From contig CAITZM010000052.1 of NCBI GenBank assembly GCA_903896925.1, forward strand, positions 75,375-139,374: a stretch of DNA of 64,000 nucleotides. Direction: 5' to 3'. Shown piece by piece: positions 52,698 through 62,581 of this stretch. Source of the DNA: an uncultured Lentisphaerota bacterium. GTDB lineage: Bacteria; Verrucomicrobiota; Kiritimatiellia; CAIQIC01. Positions within the stretch are counted from its first letter, which is position 1. Each line of letters opens with the position of its first letter. The notes beneath the pieces are model-generated. The model worked only from the letters and a program-made list of their open reading frames with translations. It did no database searches and had not been told where the DNA came from. The translations under genes and the position numbers were made by a program.

Positions 52698-54542
52698 TCA
52701 GGGGTGAGCGCCCGGCTGGTTACCGAAACTCCAGACCTGGGGCTTGCCGGCTCCCCCGCAGAACTCGATGGCCTGGACTTCTAGCCCGGTGCTGCCCTTC
52801 GCGGGCGTGAGGCGCACATGCATGAGGCGGCCCTGCACCGGGATGTCCACCTTGACCGCCTGCCACCCGGCGCCCGTGGGCCAGTCGAAGGTCACGGAGT
52901 TGGCGGGGACAAAATCGGGCTGCTGTTTCGTGCGCCAGGTCAGTGTCGCCTTGCCACCCTGCTGGGCGCGCAGGCGCAGCGTCGCGGTGATGGGCCCTTG
53001 CAGATCGAGGCCGCTGTTGGCGATGAAGGGCCGGGCGTTTGCGGCGAGGTTCGCCTCGGGCGTGATGACCAGCGCGCCATCCTTGAGGGCCAGCGAGCCA
53101 TTGCGGCAGAGCCAGCCCTGGATGGTGCCGGGTGCGGCGGCCCTGACAGCGCTGGCCGGGGCCTCACTCTTCTCGATGAGGTCGTGTTCGGCGAACAGGC
53201 CTTCGTGGTGCGCGTCGAATTTGGCGGAGAAGCCCGGCGGCTGGAGCGTGGCGCACCACGCGGCGAGCTTGACCTGGAGCCGCGCCGCGATCTCGGGTTT
53301 CTGTTTGTAGAGGTTGCGCGCGATGTTTTCGCCCTCCGGCGTGGTCACATCGAAAAGCAGGTGCTCGCGCTCGCCCAGCTGGATCAGCTTCCACGGAAAC
53401 TCCTGGATGGCGGCCTGCGAGGACCAGCGCCAGTAGAGCGTCTCGTGCGGCGCGCCCTTGTTTTGCCCGGTGACAAACGGCATCAGGTTCACGCCGTCGA
53501 GATTGTCGTGGGGCTGTCCCGCGAGCGCGACGGCGGTGGCGGCCACGTCGAGGCTGATGACCGGATGGTCATAGGTTGTGCCGGCCGGCCATGTGCCGGG
53601 CCATGCGGCGACGAACGGCGTGCGGATGCCGCCCTCGCTCAACATGCCCTTCTGCCCCCTCATCGGCAGATTGATGGAGCCATCCCACACCTTGCCGAGC
53701 GGCGCGCCATTGTCGCCGATGAGGAAGATGAGCGTGTTCTTCTCGGCACCCATCGCCTTCAACTTGGCGCGGATCCGGCCAAGACCATCATCCATGGCGG
53801 CGATCATCGCGAGCGCCTGCCGGCGCGGGAGCGGCAGGTTCGTGGAGGTCTGCGAGAACCACGGCTCCGGCGATTCCAGCGGCACGTGCGGCGCGAACCA
53901 CGCGAGGTAGAGGAACCACGGCGCAGCCGGCTGCTGCGCGCGGCGTTCGAGAAACGACAACGCGGCCTCGGTCTGCACCACCACACGGCAGCGCTCGTCG
54001 GTTACCAGGTGCGGCGCATCGGCGAAAGGATGACCCTGCAGATCGTGCGAGGCATAGAACTGGCGCAACTCGCCGCGGAAGTATTCGTCGAAGCCCTGTG
54101 CATGCGGCATGTGCTCCTTGTGGACGCGCATCGCCTTCCCCTGGCCTTTTTCGCCGCCGATATCGAGATGCCATTTGCCCGACATGCCCGTGACATAGCC
54201 CGCCGGCTTCAGCCGCTCCGCGATGGTCTGCTCCGCGAGCGGCAGCGGCCCCTTGCCGTTATCTTCCAGACCAAACCGCTGCTGGTAGCGGCCGGTGATG
54301 ACGCCGGCGCGCGAGGGCGCACATTGCGGGGCGGTGACATAGCCGCGCTTGAAGATCACGCCGTCGCGTACGAGCTGGTCGATATTCGGCGTGCGGATGT
54401 CCTTATCCACACCCTGCGCGCCGAGGTCGGCCCAGCCATGGTCGTCGGTGTAGATGAGCAGGATGTTCGGCTTGCTCTCGCCAGCCAGCGCAAATCCGCA
54501 GAGAAGACTTGAACACAGGGCCAGCATGATCTTTGATTTCAT
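52698..54542 (-). CDS. S1-family sulfatase (CAPSR) with C-terminal DUF1080/LamG-like jelly-roll domain
   Basis: ORF 52698..54635; ATG at 54542 verified (MKSKIMLALCSSLLCGFALAGESKP). ILLIYTDDHGWADLGAQG...TPNIDQLV...TAPQCAPSRAGVITGRYQQR. C-terminal ~190 aa with LALKDGALVITPE...ANSGLDLQG. Confidence 0.85.
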   Translation of the reverse strand: MKSKIMLALCSSLLCGFALAGESKPNILLIYTDDHGWADLGAQGVDKDIRTPNIDQLVRDGVIFKRGYVTAPQCAPSRAGVITGRYQQRFGLEDNGKGPLPLAEQTIAERLKPAGYVTGMSGKWHLDIGGEKGQGKAMRVHKEHMPHAQGFDEYFRGELRQFYASHDLQGHPFADAPHLVTDERCRVVVQTEAALSFLERRAQQPAAPWFLYLAWFAPHVPLESPEPWFSQTSTNLPLPRRQALAMIAAMDDGLGRIRAKLKAMGAEKNTLIFLIGDNGAPLGKVWDGSINLPMRGQKGMLSEGGIRTPFVAAWPGTWPAGTTYDHPVISLDVAATAVALAGQPHDNLDGVNLMPFVTGQNKGAPHETLYWRWSSQAAIQEFPWKLIQLGEREHLLFDVTTPEGENIARNLYKQKPEIAARLQVKLAAWCATLQPPGFSAKFDAHHEGLFAEHDLIEKSEAPASAVRAAAPGTIQGWLCRNGSLALKDGALVITPEANLAANARPFIANSGLDLQGPITATLRLRAQQGGKATLTWRTKQQPDFVPANSVTFDWPTGAGWQAVKVDIPVQGRLMHVRLTPAKGSTGLEVQAIEFCGGAGKPQVWSFGNQPGAHP

Positions 54543-54562
54543 AGGATTCCTTTGAATAGAGT

Positions 54563-56461
54563 TCAGGGCGTTTGTGGCAACCAATATGTCACCACGTTGC
54601 CTCCAGCATCCAGCAACGTCAGGAGAGTGATGCAAATATTCCCGGGCCCGTTGCCGGGGTCAAGGCGTAGCGCGGTCAGTTTCGTCGCCGGGATTTTGAC
54701 TGCGTAGTCGTGAAACTCGCCATCGTGTTGAAGCGGGAAGTTCACGGTCTGGTCCTTGTTGAAGCCGCCGCGTGCCTTGTCGGTGTAATACACCGTGCCC
54801 GCGCCGCTTCCAGTACTCTTGATGCGCAACTTGACGGTGAAGGGGCCTTTGCTGTTCACCGGCAGGTTGCGCGTGGAGAGCCATGGGTCTTTACCGGTGG
54901 AGGTGATGACGAGCGCGCCATCTTTCTCGACGAGCTGCGTGTCGCCACTGATCTGCCAACCCTTCGGCGCGGCGGCGCCGCCCTTGAGTGCGGGATTCAG
55001 CACCGGGATGACGGCCGCGGTCTCTTTGAGGAAACCGGTGATGAGCGCGTTCAACTCTTGCACGAGTCCCGGTTTTTCCGCGGCGAGGTTCTTGGTTTCG
55101 CCAATGTCGTCCTTCAGGTTGTAGAGTTCGAGCAAGTCGGTGCCGTCGTCCTTGCCGGCAAAAAGGCGGTGCAGTTTCCAGTCGCCGCGGCGCACGGTCG
55201 TCGCGGGATGCTGGCCGCTGGCGGGCGTGTCATGCGGAAAATGGGTGAAGATTGCCTCGCGCTCCAGCTTGCCTCCCTTGAACGCGGGCACGATGCTGAG
55301 GCCGTCGGGCTTCGCCTGCGCCGGCAACGGCACACCGGTCATCGCGAGCAGCGTCGGCATCCAGTCAATGCTTTGAATCACCGTATCGTTGACCGTGCCG
55401 GGCTGGGTGACGCCGGGCCAGACGACGAGGCACGGCTCGCGCACACCACCTTCATAGAGACTGGCCTTGCCGTTGCGCAGCGGCAGATTGCTCGTAGGCG
55501 GCACCTTCATATCGGCCTGAAAGCGCGCGCTCTTGTGACCGCCGTCCGCGTCCTTCCCGCCCCAGCTCACGCCGCCGTTGTCGGAGAAGAACACGATGAT
55601 CGTCTTCTCCGCGAGGCCGCACTCATCGAGCGCGGCGAGCACACGGCCGACGCCATCATCGAGGCTCTCGACCATCGCGGCATAGACCGGGTTGCGCTGC
55701 GGATTCTGCGGGTCGGCCAGCTTGCGGTACTTCGCCACGAGTTCGTCCTTCGCGTCGAAGGGCGCGTGGACGCTGAACTGCCAGTAGTTCGCATAGAACG
55801 GGCGGTCCTTGTTCTCGCGGATGAACTTCACCACCTGCGCGGAGAGCGTGTCCTCGATGTGCTCGCCAGGTTTGCCTTCCACCTTCAACGCCGCCGGGAA
55901 TCTCCACGGCGCCACATAGCTGCCCGCCGGGCCCGGCCCCGGCCAATGCGGCCAGTCCACGTCGAAGCCGTGCTGCAGCGGCGAATAGGGCTCCGGTCCC
56001 AAGTGCCATTTGCCAAAATGTCCCGTGCGATAGCCGGCGTCGTGCAGCACCTTGGGCAGCGTGACATAATCGGTCTTCAGCCGCGTGATGCTGTTGGCGA
56101 CGAGCACGCGCGTGTTCGGATTGCCCGGTGATAGTTTCTTTTCCAGCACCACCTGCGGCAGATGGCAGGCCGGCGCGGTGATGCCGGTACGCGCTGGCCA
56201 CAGGCCGGTGAGGATGCTCGAACGCGTCGGCGAGCAAAGTGGGTTTGCCGCGTAGGCCTGTGTGAACCGCACGCCGCGCGCGGCCAGCTTGTCGAGGTTC
56301 GGTGTCCGGTGGAACGTGCTGCCGTAACAGCCGAGATCCCGCCAGCCAAAATCATCGGCGAGGATGAAGAGGATGTTGGGCTTCGACGGCTCGACCGCAC
56401 ATAGCGCGACCAGCGGCGCCAGCAGCAGGATGGCAAGAACAAGAAGGGTGCGTTTATTCAT
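54563..56461 (-). CDS. S1-family sulfatase (CSPTR) with C-terminal jelly-roll (DUF1080-like) domain
   Basis: ORF 54563..56488; ATG at 56461 verified (MNKRTLLVLAILLLAPLVALCAVEP). ILFILADDFGWRDLGCYG...TPNLDKLA...ANPLCSPTRSSILTG. C-terminus LVEKDGALVITSTGKDPW... Confidence 0.85.
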   Translation of the reverse strand: MNKRTLLVLAILLLAPLVALCAVEPSKPNILFILADDFGWRDLGCYGSTFHRTPNLDKLAARGVRFTQAYAANPLCSPTRSSILTGLWPARTGITAPACHLPQVVLEKKLSPGNPNTRVLVANSITRLKTDYVTLPKVLHDAGYRTGHFGKWHLGPEPYSPLQHGFDVDWPHWPGPGPAGSYVAPWRFPAALKVEGKPGEHIEDTLSAQVVKFIRENKDRPFYANYWQFSVHAPFDAKDELVAKYRKLADPQNPQRNPVYAAMVESLDDGVGRVLAALDECGLAEKTIIVFFSDNGGVSWGGKDADGGHKSARFQADMKVPPTSNLPLRNGKASLYEGGVREPCLVVWPGVTQPGTVNDTVIQSIDWMPTLLAMTGVPLPAQAKPDGLSIVPAFKGGKLEREAIFTHFPHDTPASGQHPATTVRRGDWKLHRLFAGKDDGTDLLELYNLKDDIGETKNLAAEKPGLVQELNALITGFLKETAAVIPVLNPALKGGAAAPKGWQISGDTQLVEKDGALVITSTGKDPWLSTRNLPVNSKGPFTVKLRIKSTGSGAGTVYYTDKARGGFNKDQTVNFPLQHDGEFHDYAVKIPATKLTALRLDPGNGPGNICITLLTLLDAGGNVVTYWLPQTP

Positions 56462-56489
56462 GTTTGATTTCCGTTCATGAGAGTCCAAT

Positions 56490-57980
56490 TCATTCGCCTG
56501 CGCGTTTTTTTCCCGCCGCTTTCTTCTTGGCCTTGGCGGCAGCCGTCTTGACCTCGGAGCGCATCCGCCACGGGAAGTTCGTGTTGTCCATACGGGCGCT
56601 GCTCATCAGCTTTTCGGCCTTGGCCACAAGTTCGGGGTATTGCGCGGCAAGATTAATGGTTTCGCCGGAATCTTTGCTCAAGTCATACAGCTCCGTCGGT
56701 ACGTCGGTGAAGTTTCTGACGGCTTTCCAATCGCCGAAGCGGAGACCCTGGATGGAGCCAGTGGTGCCTTCGTGTAGTTCCCAGTAGAAGTAGTCGCGCT
56801 TGGGCGCGGAACCGCCCTTGAGGAACGACACCAGCGAATAGCCATCGGGCTGGAAACCCGCCGGGAGCTTCGCGCCCGTGAGTTCGGCTGCGGTCGGCAG
56901 AAAATCCCAGAACGCCCACGGCTCGTCGCTGACGCGGCCGGCCGGGACAACGCCGGGCCAGCGCGCGAGCGCGGCCTGCCGGAGGCCACCTTCATACATG
57001 CTCCGCTTGAAGCCGCGCAGCTTGCCGCCCATGGACTGGTCGAAGAACTTGCCAACCTCCGATTGCGCGTTGAATGACGAGCCATTGTCACCCGCGAGCA
57101 TGACGAGGGTGCTGGAGTCTAGTTTGAGTTCCTTGAGCAACGCGAGCAGCGCGCCCACATCGGCGTCGAGTCGGGAGACCATCGCGGCATAGGTCTGCTG
57201 CCGCGGCGTCCAGCCTGCCCGCTGCGCATACTCGCCGAGGTCATCAATGTCGCAGGGTCCGTGCGGCAAGGTGACGGCATAGAACAGGAAGAACGGGCGC
57301 TCCTGCTGCCGGCGCACCCAGCCATGCACGTCTTTCTGGATCAGGTTCTGCGCATAGGTTTTCTTCGCGCCGTTCGCATTTTCCGGCAGCTCAACGCGCT
57401 GGTCATCACAAAAGAGGTTGGTGGGGAAATAACTGTGCGCGTGGACCTGGGAATTATAACCGAAGAAATGGTCGAAGCCTTTCTTCAACGGACTGCCGGT
57501 GGTATCGAATTGGCCCATCCCCCACTTGCCCATGCAGGCGGTCGCGTAGCCCTGCTGCTTGAGCAACTGCGCCACCGTGAGGGTGGTTGCCGGCAGCGGC
57601 AGTTCACCGCCGCCAAACGGGGAGTTTTCGACCTGGAACCCGCGATTGCTCCGGACCGGCGCATGCCCCATGTGCAAGCCGGTCAGCAGCGAGGTGCGTG
57701 ACGGTGCACACACACTGGTTCCGCTGTACGCCTGTGTGTAGCGCGTGCCCTCCGCGGCCATGCGATCGAGGTTCGGCGTCTTGATGAGCTTCTGCCCATA
57801 ACACCCGAGGTCACCCTGCACGAGATCGTCGGCAAGAATGAAGACGATATTGGGCCTGCCCCGACCTGTGGTGAGCGCCGTCGAACCAGCAGAGTCGAGG
57901 GGGAACTCTGCGACCTGTGTTTTTACAACCATTGGAAAAACGCACAGCAGGGCCGCCATGCTCGCGCGCCGGATGTTCAT
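56490..57980 (-). CDS. S1-family sulfatase (CAPSR)
   Basis: ATG at 57980 verified. [26 protein letters not shown]...[34 protein letters not shown]...TPNLDRMA...[20 protein letters not shown]. Close paralogue of 62578..63954. Confidence 0.9.
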   Translation of the reverse strand: MNIRRASMAALLCVFPMVVKTQVAEFPLDSAGSTALTTGRGRPNIVFILADDLVQGDLGCYGQKLIKTPNLDRMAAEGTRYTQAYSGTSVCAPSRTSLLTGLHMGHAPVRSNRGFQVENSPFGGGELPLPATTLTVAQLLKQQGYATACMGKWGMGQFDTTGSPLKKGFDHFFGYNSQVHAHSYFPTNLFCDDQRVELPENANGAKKTYAQNLIQKDVHGWVRRQQERPFFLFYAVTLPHGPCDIDDLGEYAQRAGWTPRQQTYAAMVSRLDADVGALLALLKELKLDSSTLVMLAGDNGSSFNAQSEVGKFFDQSMGGKLRGFKRSMYEGGLRQAALARWPGVVPAGRVSDEPWAFWDFLPTAAELTGAKLPAGFQPDGYSLVSFLKGGSAPKRDYFYWELHEGTTGSIQGLRFGDWKAVRNFTDVPTELYDLSKDSGETINLAAQYPELVAKAEKLMSSARMDNTNFPWRMRSEVKTAAAKAKKKAAGKKRAGE

Positions 57981-59557
57981 CGTTTCTTCTTCCCCTTGGC
58001 TTTTTTTGCCGCGGCTGTGCCGGTGACGTACGGCGGTTTATCGAAGGCGTCGGTGAGGCGAGGGTCCTTGGTCTTCTCCAGCACCGCCATCAGGCGCGCC
58101 GCGAGTTCCTGCTTCGTGACGGCGTAGGCGGGGTCGCCGGCCACGTTGCCCATCTGGTCCGGGTCTTTGCGCAGGTCATAGAGCTCTTCGCCGGGACGCT
58201 TGCCATAGATCAGTTCGTAGACCGGCTTGGTCGCCGGCTCATTCCGATGCTCGACCAGCCAGGCGACCGTACCACTGCCCTGTGAATTTGGATCGCCCTT
58301 GGGGCCGAGATCGTCGTAGGGCTCGCCGCTCGGCCAGCGGTCGGGCTTGAAGTTGCGGATGTAGAGGAAGTCGGTCGTCCGAATCGCCCGCATCGGATAC
58401 GGCATACCGTCCGGGCGCGTCAGCGCCTCATGACGTTCCCGACCCACGATCACATGGTCGCGGGCGGGATCAATCAGCCCGGATTTTTCCGATTTGAGCA
58501 GCGGCAGCAGCGAGCGGCCATCCATCACCGCGGGCGGCGTGAGGCCCGCCGCCTCCAGCCACGTGGGCGCGAGATCAATCTGGCCGACGAAATCATCCAC
58601 CACGCGGCCCGGCTTGGCGATGCCCGCCGGCCAGCGGATCATCAGCGGCGCGCGGACGGCGAGGTCGTAGCAGTGTGTCTTGCCGCGCGGCATGTTCACG
58701 CCGTTATCGCCGGTCAGGACGACCATCGTGTTATCCAACGCACCGGCCTTCTGCAATTCGTCGAGCATCCAACCGACCTCCAAATCCAGCGCGAGCACTT
58801 CGCCGAGTGTATCGGCAAAATCGGCGCGCGCCTCCGGCACATCGGGGATGTAGGCAGGCAGTTTCCCCTTGAGCGCATCCGGCTCGATGCCCCACAACGT
58901 CTTGCCGGAACCTACGGCAAAGGGCCGATGTGGCCCGACCGGACCGATGACGTGGAAGAACGGCTGACCGGGCTGGCGGTTGGCCAACACCTTCTGCATC
59001 ATCTCGCGCACGGTTTGCTCCACGACCTTTGCGGTCTCTTCGCGGTTGAGGCGCTTCTTTTTGGCGTAAAGGCTGAAGCGCAGCGCGTCGCCCTCCATCC
59101 GAATGCTCTTGGAAAGTTTTTTATCCAGCTCCAGCGTTTTCCCGGAGAAGGTCGTTGCATAACCCGCCTGAGCCAGCAACTGTCCGAACCGGGGCAGGGT
59201 CAAGCCCGGATCGGGTATTTGGTTTTTCTCCCAACTGGGATCGGGCTGCAGAAACGCCTGTGTTCCGCACCGCCAGAAGTAACAGCCGCTCGCCATCGAG
59301 GCGCGCGACGGCGCACAGGAAGAGACACCCATGAACGCGTGACGGAACAACACACCCTCGCGCGCCACGCGGTCTATGTTTGGCGTCTGGATCACATCGT
59401 TGACGCTCGGCCGGGCCGGATCGCTATAGCAACTGGCATTGCGCCCCCAGTCATCACCGAGGAGGAAAAGAATATTGGGCCGTTCCGCCGCCTGCACACT
59501 TCCAGCCACTGGCAACAGGCAGAGCGTGGCGCTGATGATCGCGAGTTGTCTATTCAT
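57977..59557 (-). CDS. S1-family sulfatase (CAPSR)
   Basis: ATG at 59557 verified; ATGA overlap with the 56490.. start. MNRQLAIISATLCLLPVAGSVQAAERP; ILFLLGDDWGRNASCY...TPNIDRVA...GVSSCAPSRASMASG; C-terminus [11 protein letters not shown]. Confidence 0.9.
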   Translation of the reverse strand: MNRQLAIISATLCLLPVAGSVQAAERPNILFLLGDDWGRNASCYSDPARPSVNDVIQTPNIDRVAREGVLFRHAFMGVSSCAPSRASMASGCYFWRCGTQAFLQPDPSWEKNQIPDPGLTLPRFGQLLAQAGYATTFSGKTLELDKKLSKSIRMEGDALRFSLYAKKKRLNREETAKVVEQTVREMMQKVLANRQPGQPFFHVIGPVGPHRPFAVGSGKTLWGIEPDALKGKLPAYIPDVPEARADFADTLGEVLALDLEVGWMLDELQKAGALDNTMVVLTGDNGVNMPRGKTHCYDLAVRAPLMIRWPAGIAKPGRVVDDFVGQIDLAPTWLEAAGLTPPAVMDGRSLLPLLKSEKSGLIDPARDHVIVGRERHEALTRPDGMPYPMRAIRTTDFLYIRNFKPDRWPSGEPYDDLGPKGDPNSQGSGTVAWLVEHRNEPATKPVYELIYGKRPGEELYDLRKDPDQMGNVAGDPAYAVTKQELAARLMAVLEKTKDPRLTDAFDKPPYVTGTAAAKKAKGKKKR

Positions 59558-59581
59558 TGGCTTGATGGCTTGGTGTTGGCT

Positions 59582-61087
59582 TCAGCGAATTTTCTGGTCG
59601 GGCAGTTCGGCCTTGATGCCTTGGTCGAGCGGCATTTTGTCCTTGTCCGGGGTCAGGCCCTCGGCCGCGAGCAGGTCGACAAGCTGGGCTTCGAGTTTGG
59701 CGCGGGTGGCGGCGTGCTGCGGCGCGGCCGCGAGGTTGTGCAACTCACCGGGATCGTCGGCAAGATTATAAAGCTCGGGCAGATGCCGGTCGGGCGTGCC
59801 ATCGCCGTGCGGGTAGCGGATGAATTTCCATGCGTCGGTGCGCAGCCCGCGCACGTTCGGCGTGTAGGGGAACTGTTTCTCGTAGTTATATTCGTAGAAC
59901 CACTCCGTCCGCCAGGCGCTGTCGCCCTTGTTCGCAAGCTGCGCCCAGGAGCGTCCCTGGATGTTCGCGAGCGCGGGCGCGCCGCACAGATCCAGGATGC
60001 TCGGCGCGATGTCGAGCGTGAGCGCCTGCTGCGAAATGACCTTGCCCGCGGGCAGCCCCGGCCCGCGAGCGATCAAGGGGATGCGGATGCTCGGCTCGTG
60101 CATCGTGCGCTTGTCCACCATCCCGTGCTCGCCCTCGAGCAGTCCGTTGTCGCCCATGAAGACGATCAGCGTGCGATCAAACTGGCCGCTCGCGCGCAGA
60201 TAGTCCACGAGCCGGCCCACGCTGTCGTCCACGCTCAAGATCGTGCCCCAGTAGGCGTGGACCATGTTTTCGAAATCCTTCACCGCTTCCGGCCGGCTGT
60301 CGGGGAACTGCTTGCGCCAGTCGAACAGCGGGCCGTAGATGCCGTGCCACGTGGTCAAACGCTGGCGGATCCAGTCGGGTTTGCCGTCGAGCGCGAAGGC
60401 GCTCGCCGGATAGGGCACGCGAACACCGTCGAAGGCGTGGGCATACTTCTCCTCGGGGAAATAGAACGAATGCGGCGCCTTGTGGCCAAGGCAGAGCGCC
60501 CATGGCTGGCCGGGCTCGCGTTGCTTGAGCCAGTCGAGGGCATAGTCGGTGACCACCGTGGTGTAATAACCTTTAGGCGTCTCGTGGCGCTGGCCGTTCA
60601 CGCACCACTCGGTGTCGAAATATTTGCCCTGCCCCTTGTGCGTGGTGAACCAGTCGAAGCCCGGCCGCGGCGCGTCGTTGTTCTCGCCCATGTGCCACTT
60701 GCCCACATAGGCCGTCGCGTAGCCCTGCTCGTGCAGCCGGCCCGGCCAGTGCGGCAGCGCGGCGGGCAACTCGGTGAAGTTGTCGCGCACGCCATGCCGG
60801 TGCGCGTAGAGGCCGGTGAGAATGCTCGCGCGGCTGGGCGAACAGAGCGACGTGGTGCAGAAGGTGTTCGCAAACCGCACGCCACCGGCGGCGAGCGCAT
60901 CAATGTTCGGCGTCTTCACGTTCGGCGATCCGTAGCAGCCCAGCGCCGCGGGTCGCAAGTCATCACAGAGGATGAAGATGACGTTCGGCTTGGCAGCCGC
61001 AGCGTGTGTTCTTCCATACAGGGAAAGCAGGCCAAGCACCGCGGCCAGCAGCAACTTGATCCGGGTTGATAGGATGTGTTTCATCAT
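59582..61087 (-). CDS. S1-family sulfatase (CSPSR)
   Basis: ATG-ATG at 61087/61084 verified. [34 protein letters not shown]; [18 protein letters not shown]...TPNIDALA...[22 protein letters not shown]. Confidence 0.9.
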   Translation of the reverse strand: MMKHILSTRIKLLLAAVLGLLSLYGRTHAAAAKPNVIFILCDDLRPAALGCYGSPNVKTPNIDALAAGGVRFANTFCTTSLCSPSRASILTGLYAHRHGVRDNFTELPAALPHWPGRLHEQGYATAYVGKWHMGENNDAPRPGFDWFTTHKGQGKYFDTEWCVNGQRHETPKGYYTTVVTDYALDWLKQREPGQPWALCLGHKAPHSFYFPEEKYAHAFDGVRVPYPASAFALDGKPDWIRQRLTTWHGIYGPLFDWRKQFPDSRPEAVKDFENMVHAYWGTILSVDDSVGRLVDYLRASGQFDRTLIVFMGDNGLLEGEHGMVDKRTMHEPSIRIPLIARGPGLPAGKVISQQALTLDIAPSILDLCGAPALANIQGRSWAQLANKGDSAWRTEWFYEYNYEKQFPYTPNVRGLRTDAWKFIRYPHGDGTPDRHLPELYNLADDPGELHNLAAAPQHAATRAKLEAQLVDLLAAEGLTPDKDKMPLDQGIKAELPDQKIR

Positions 61088-61093
61088 GGTGAC

Positions 61094-62581
61094 CTATTCC
61101 GCTTCATCTCTGCCCCGGCCTTTTTTTCCCACGCGCAGCGGAGCGGCCGCGGGTGTGGCCGCTTCCCACTGCGCCAAGGCTTGCTTGAGCTCCTCGCGCA
61201 CGCCCGTGCAAGCAGGACTCGCAAGCAGGTTTTGCATTTCCCAAGGATCTTTCACCAAGTCAAACAGCTGCTCATACTCAACTGTTCCGCCTTTTTTGAA
61301 GCGCACGTATTTGTGGGTCTGGCTGGTGAGGGTCACTGTCTGGCTGTCCACGCTGCCGCCCAGCTCGCTGACTGCATACTTCCGCCACTCGTTGGTCTTG
61401 CCCTGCGTCAGCGCGAGCAGGCTCCGGCCCTGGATGTTGGCGGGAATACTCAATCCCGCCGCTTCCAACAGCGTGGGCAGGAGATCAATGGAACAGGCCA
61501 GTTCGTTCACACGCGTCCCCGCGGGAATGACGCCCGGCAGGCGCACGATCATGGGCACACGCACCGTTGGCTCATAACCGGTGCCACCTTTTGTCCACGC
61601 GCCGTGCTCGGCCATCATCTCGCCATGGTCGGCGGTATAGACCACGATGGTGTTCTTCGCGAGGCCCAGTTGCTCCAGTTCCTGCAAAACCAAACCGATG
61701 TTGTGGTCAATCTGGGAGACATAGCCGTAGTAATAGGCCAGCGTCTGGCGGTACAGCAGTTCGGTCTCATAGGTGCCGCTCTTTTTGAGGAAGCCGTCCA
61801 TGCCCGGCAGCTGTGCATCCTTATGCTTCCATGATGGCGGCAGCGTCAGCTTGGCCGGATCGTACCAGGCGGACCACGGCTTGGAGACGCAGATGGGCGA
61901 GTGCGGCCCGTGAAAGGAGCACCACACGACAAAGGGCTTGGCCTTGTGCTCACGGAGGAACTCGATGGTCTTTTGCGCGATCACTCCGGCATTGTGTTTT
62001 TCATTGGGCACCGCTGCCTCCCCGACCTTGGCCCGGCCGGGATGCGCCTGTTCATAGGGCAGCGACTTGCTGTAGTCCCAAGGGCTGCGCGGATCTTCCA
62101 CCACATCAAAGCCATGGTTGTGATTCTGAGGCGTCATCTCCATGTGGTGTTTACCGATCGTGCCGCAAACATAGCCGCGCGCGTGGAACAGGTCCGCGAC
62201 CGTGTTCTCCGCGGCATTCTGGCCGCAGCCATTGGCATAGGTGCCGGTGCTGCGGGCATAGCGCCCGGTCCAGATGGAATAGCGGGAAGGCACGCACTGG
62301 GCCGTCTGGCAGAGTGCCCGCGTGAAGACCGCGCCGTGGGCCGCCATTGCATCCAGGTTAGGCGTCTTGATCTCGGCGTTGCCGTAGCAGCCCAGCGCCC
62401 GCGCATTGTGCTGGTCGGACATGATAAACAGCACGTTCAACGGTGGCTTGGCAGACTTTTCCAAGGCTTGCCCGCCCCGAGCAGCTTGTCCTGCAAGGCG
62501 CGGCTGGAATTCAGCAGCCTGTGTTTTTCCAACCATTGGAAAAAGCAGCAACCCGGCGAGGAGCGTGCGCTTCAGCGTCAT
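61094..62581 (-). CDS. S1-family sulfatase (CVPSR)
   Basis: ATG at 62581 verified. [25 protein letters not shown]...[20 protein letters not shown]...TPNLDAMA...[20 protein letters not shown]. Confidence 0.9.
   Translation of the reverse strand: MTLKRTLLAGLLLFPMVGKTQAAEFQPRLAGQAARGGQALEKSAKPPLNVLFIMSDQHNARALGCYGNAEIKTPNLDAMAAHGAVFTRALCQTAQCVPSRYSIWTGRYARSTGTYANGCGQNAAENTVADLFHARGYVCGTIGKHHMEMTPQNHNHGFDVVEDPRSPWDYSKSLPYEQAHPGRAKVGEAAVPNEKHNAGVIAQKTIEFLREHKAKPFVVWCSFHGPHSPICVSKPWSAWYDPAKLTLPPSWKHKDAQLPGMDGFLKKSGTYETELLYRQTLAYYYGYVSQIDHNIGLVLQELEQLGLAKNTIVVYTADHGEMMAEHGAWTKGGTGYEPTVRVPMIVRLPGVIPAGTRVNELACSIDLLPTLLEAAGLSIPANIQGRSLLALTQGKTNEWRKYAVSELGGSVDSQTVTLTSQTHKYVRFKKGGTVEYEQLFDLVKDPWEMQNLLASPACTGVREELKQALAQWEAATPAAAPLRVGKKGRGRDEAE

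Noticed and set aside
62527-62547. Palindrome TTTTTCCAACCATTGGAAAAA (also 57925-57945; related ttccaaccatgggaagg at ~9108)
   Set aside because: It lies in frame within paralogous signal-peptide coding ([10 protein letters not shown]). Conservation is explained by shared ancestry of the peptides; no separate regulatory role can be supported.
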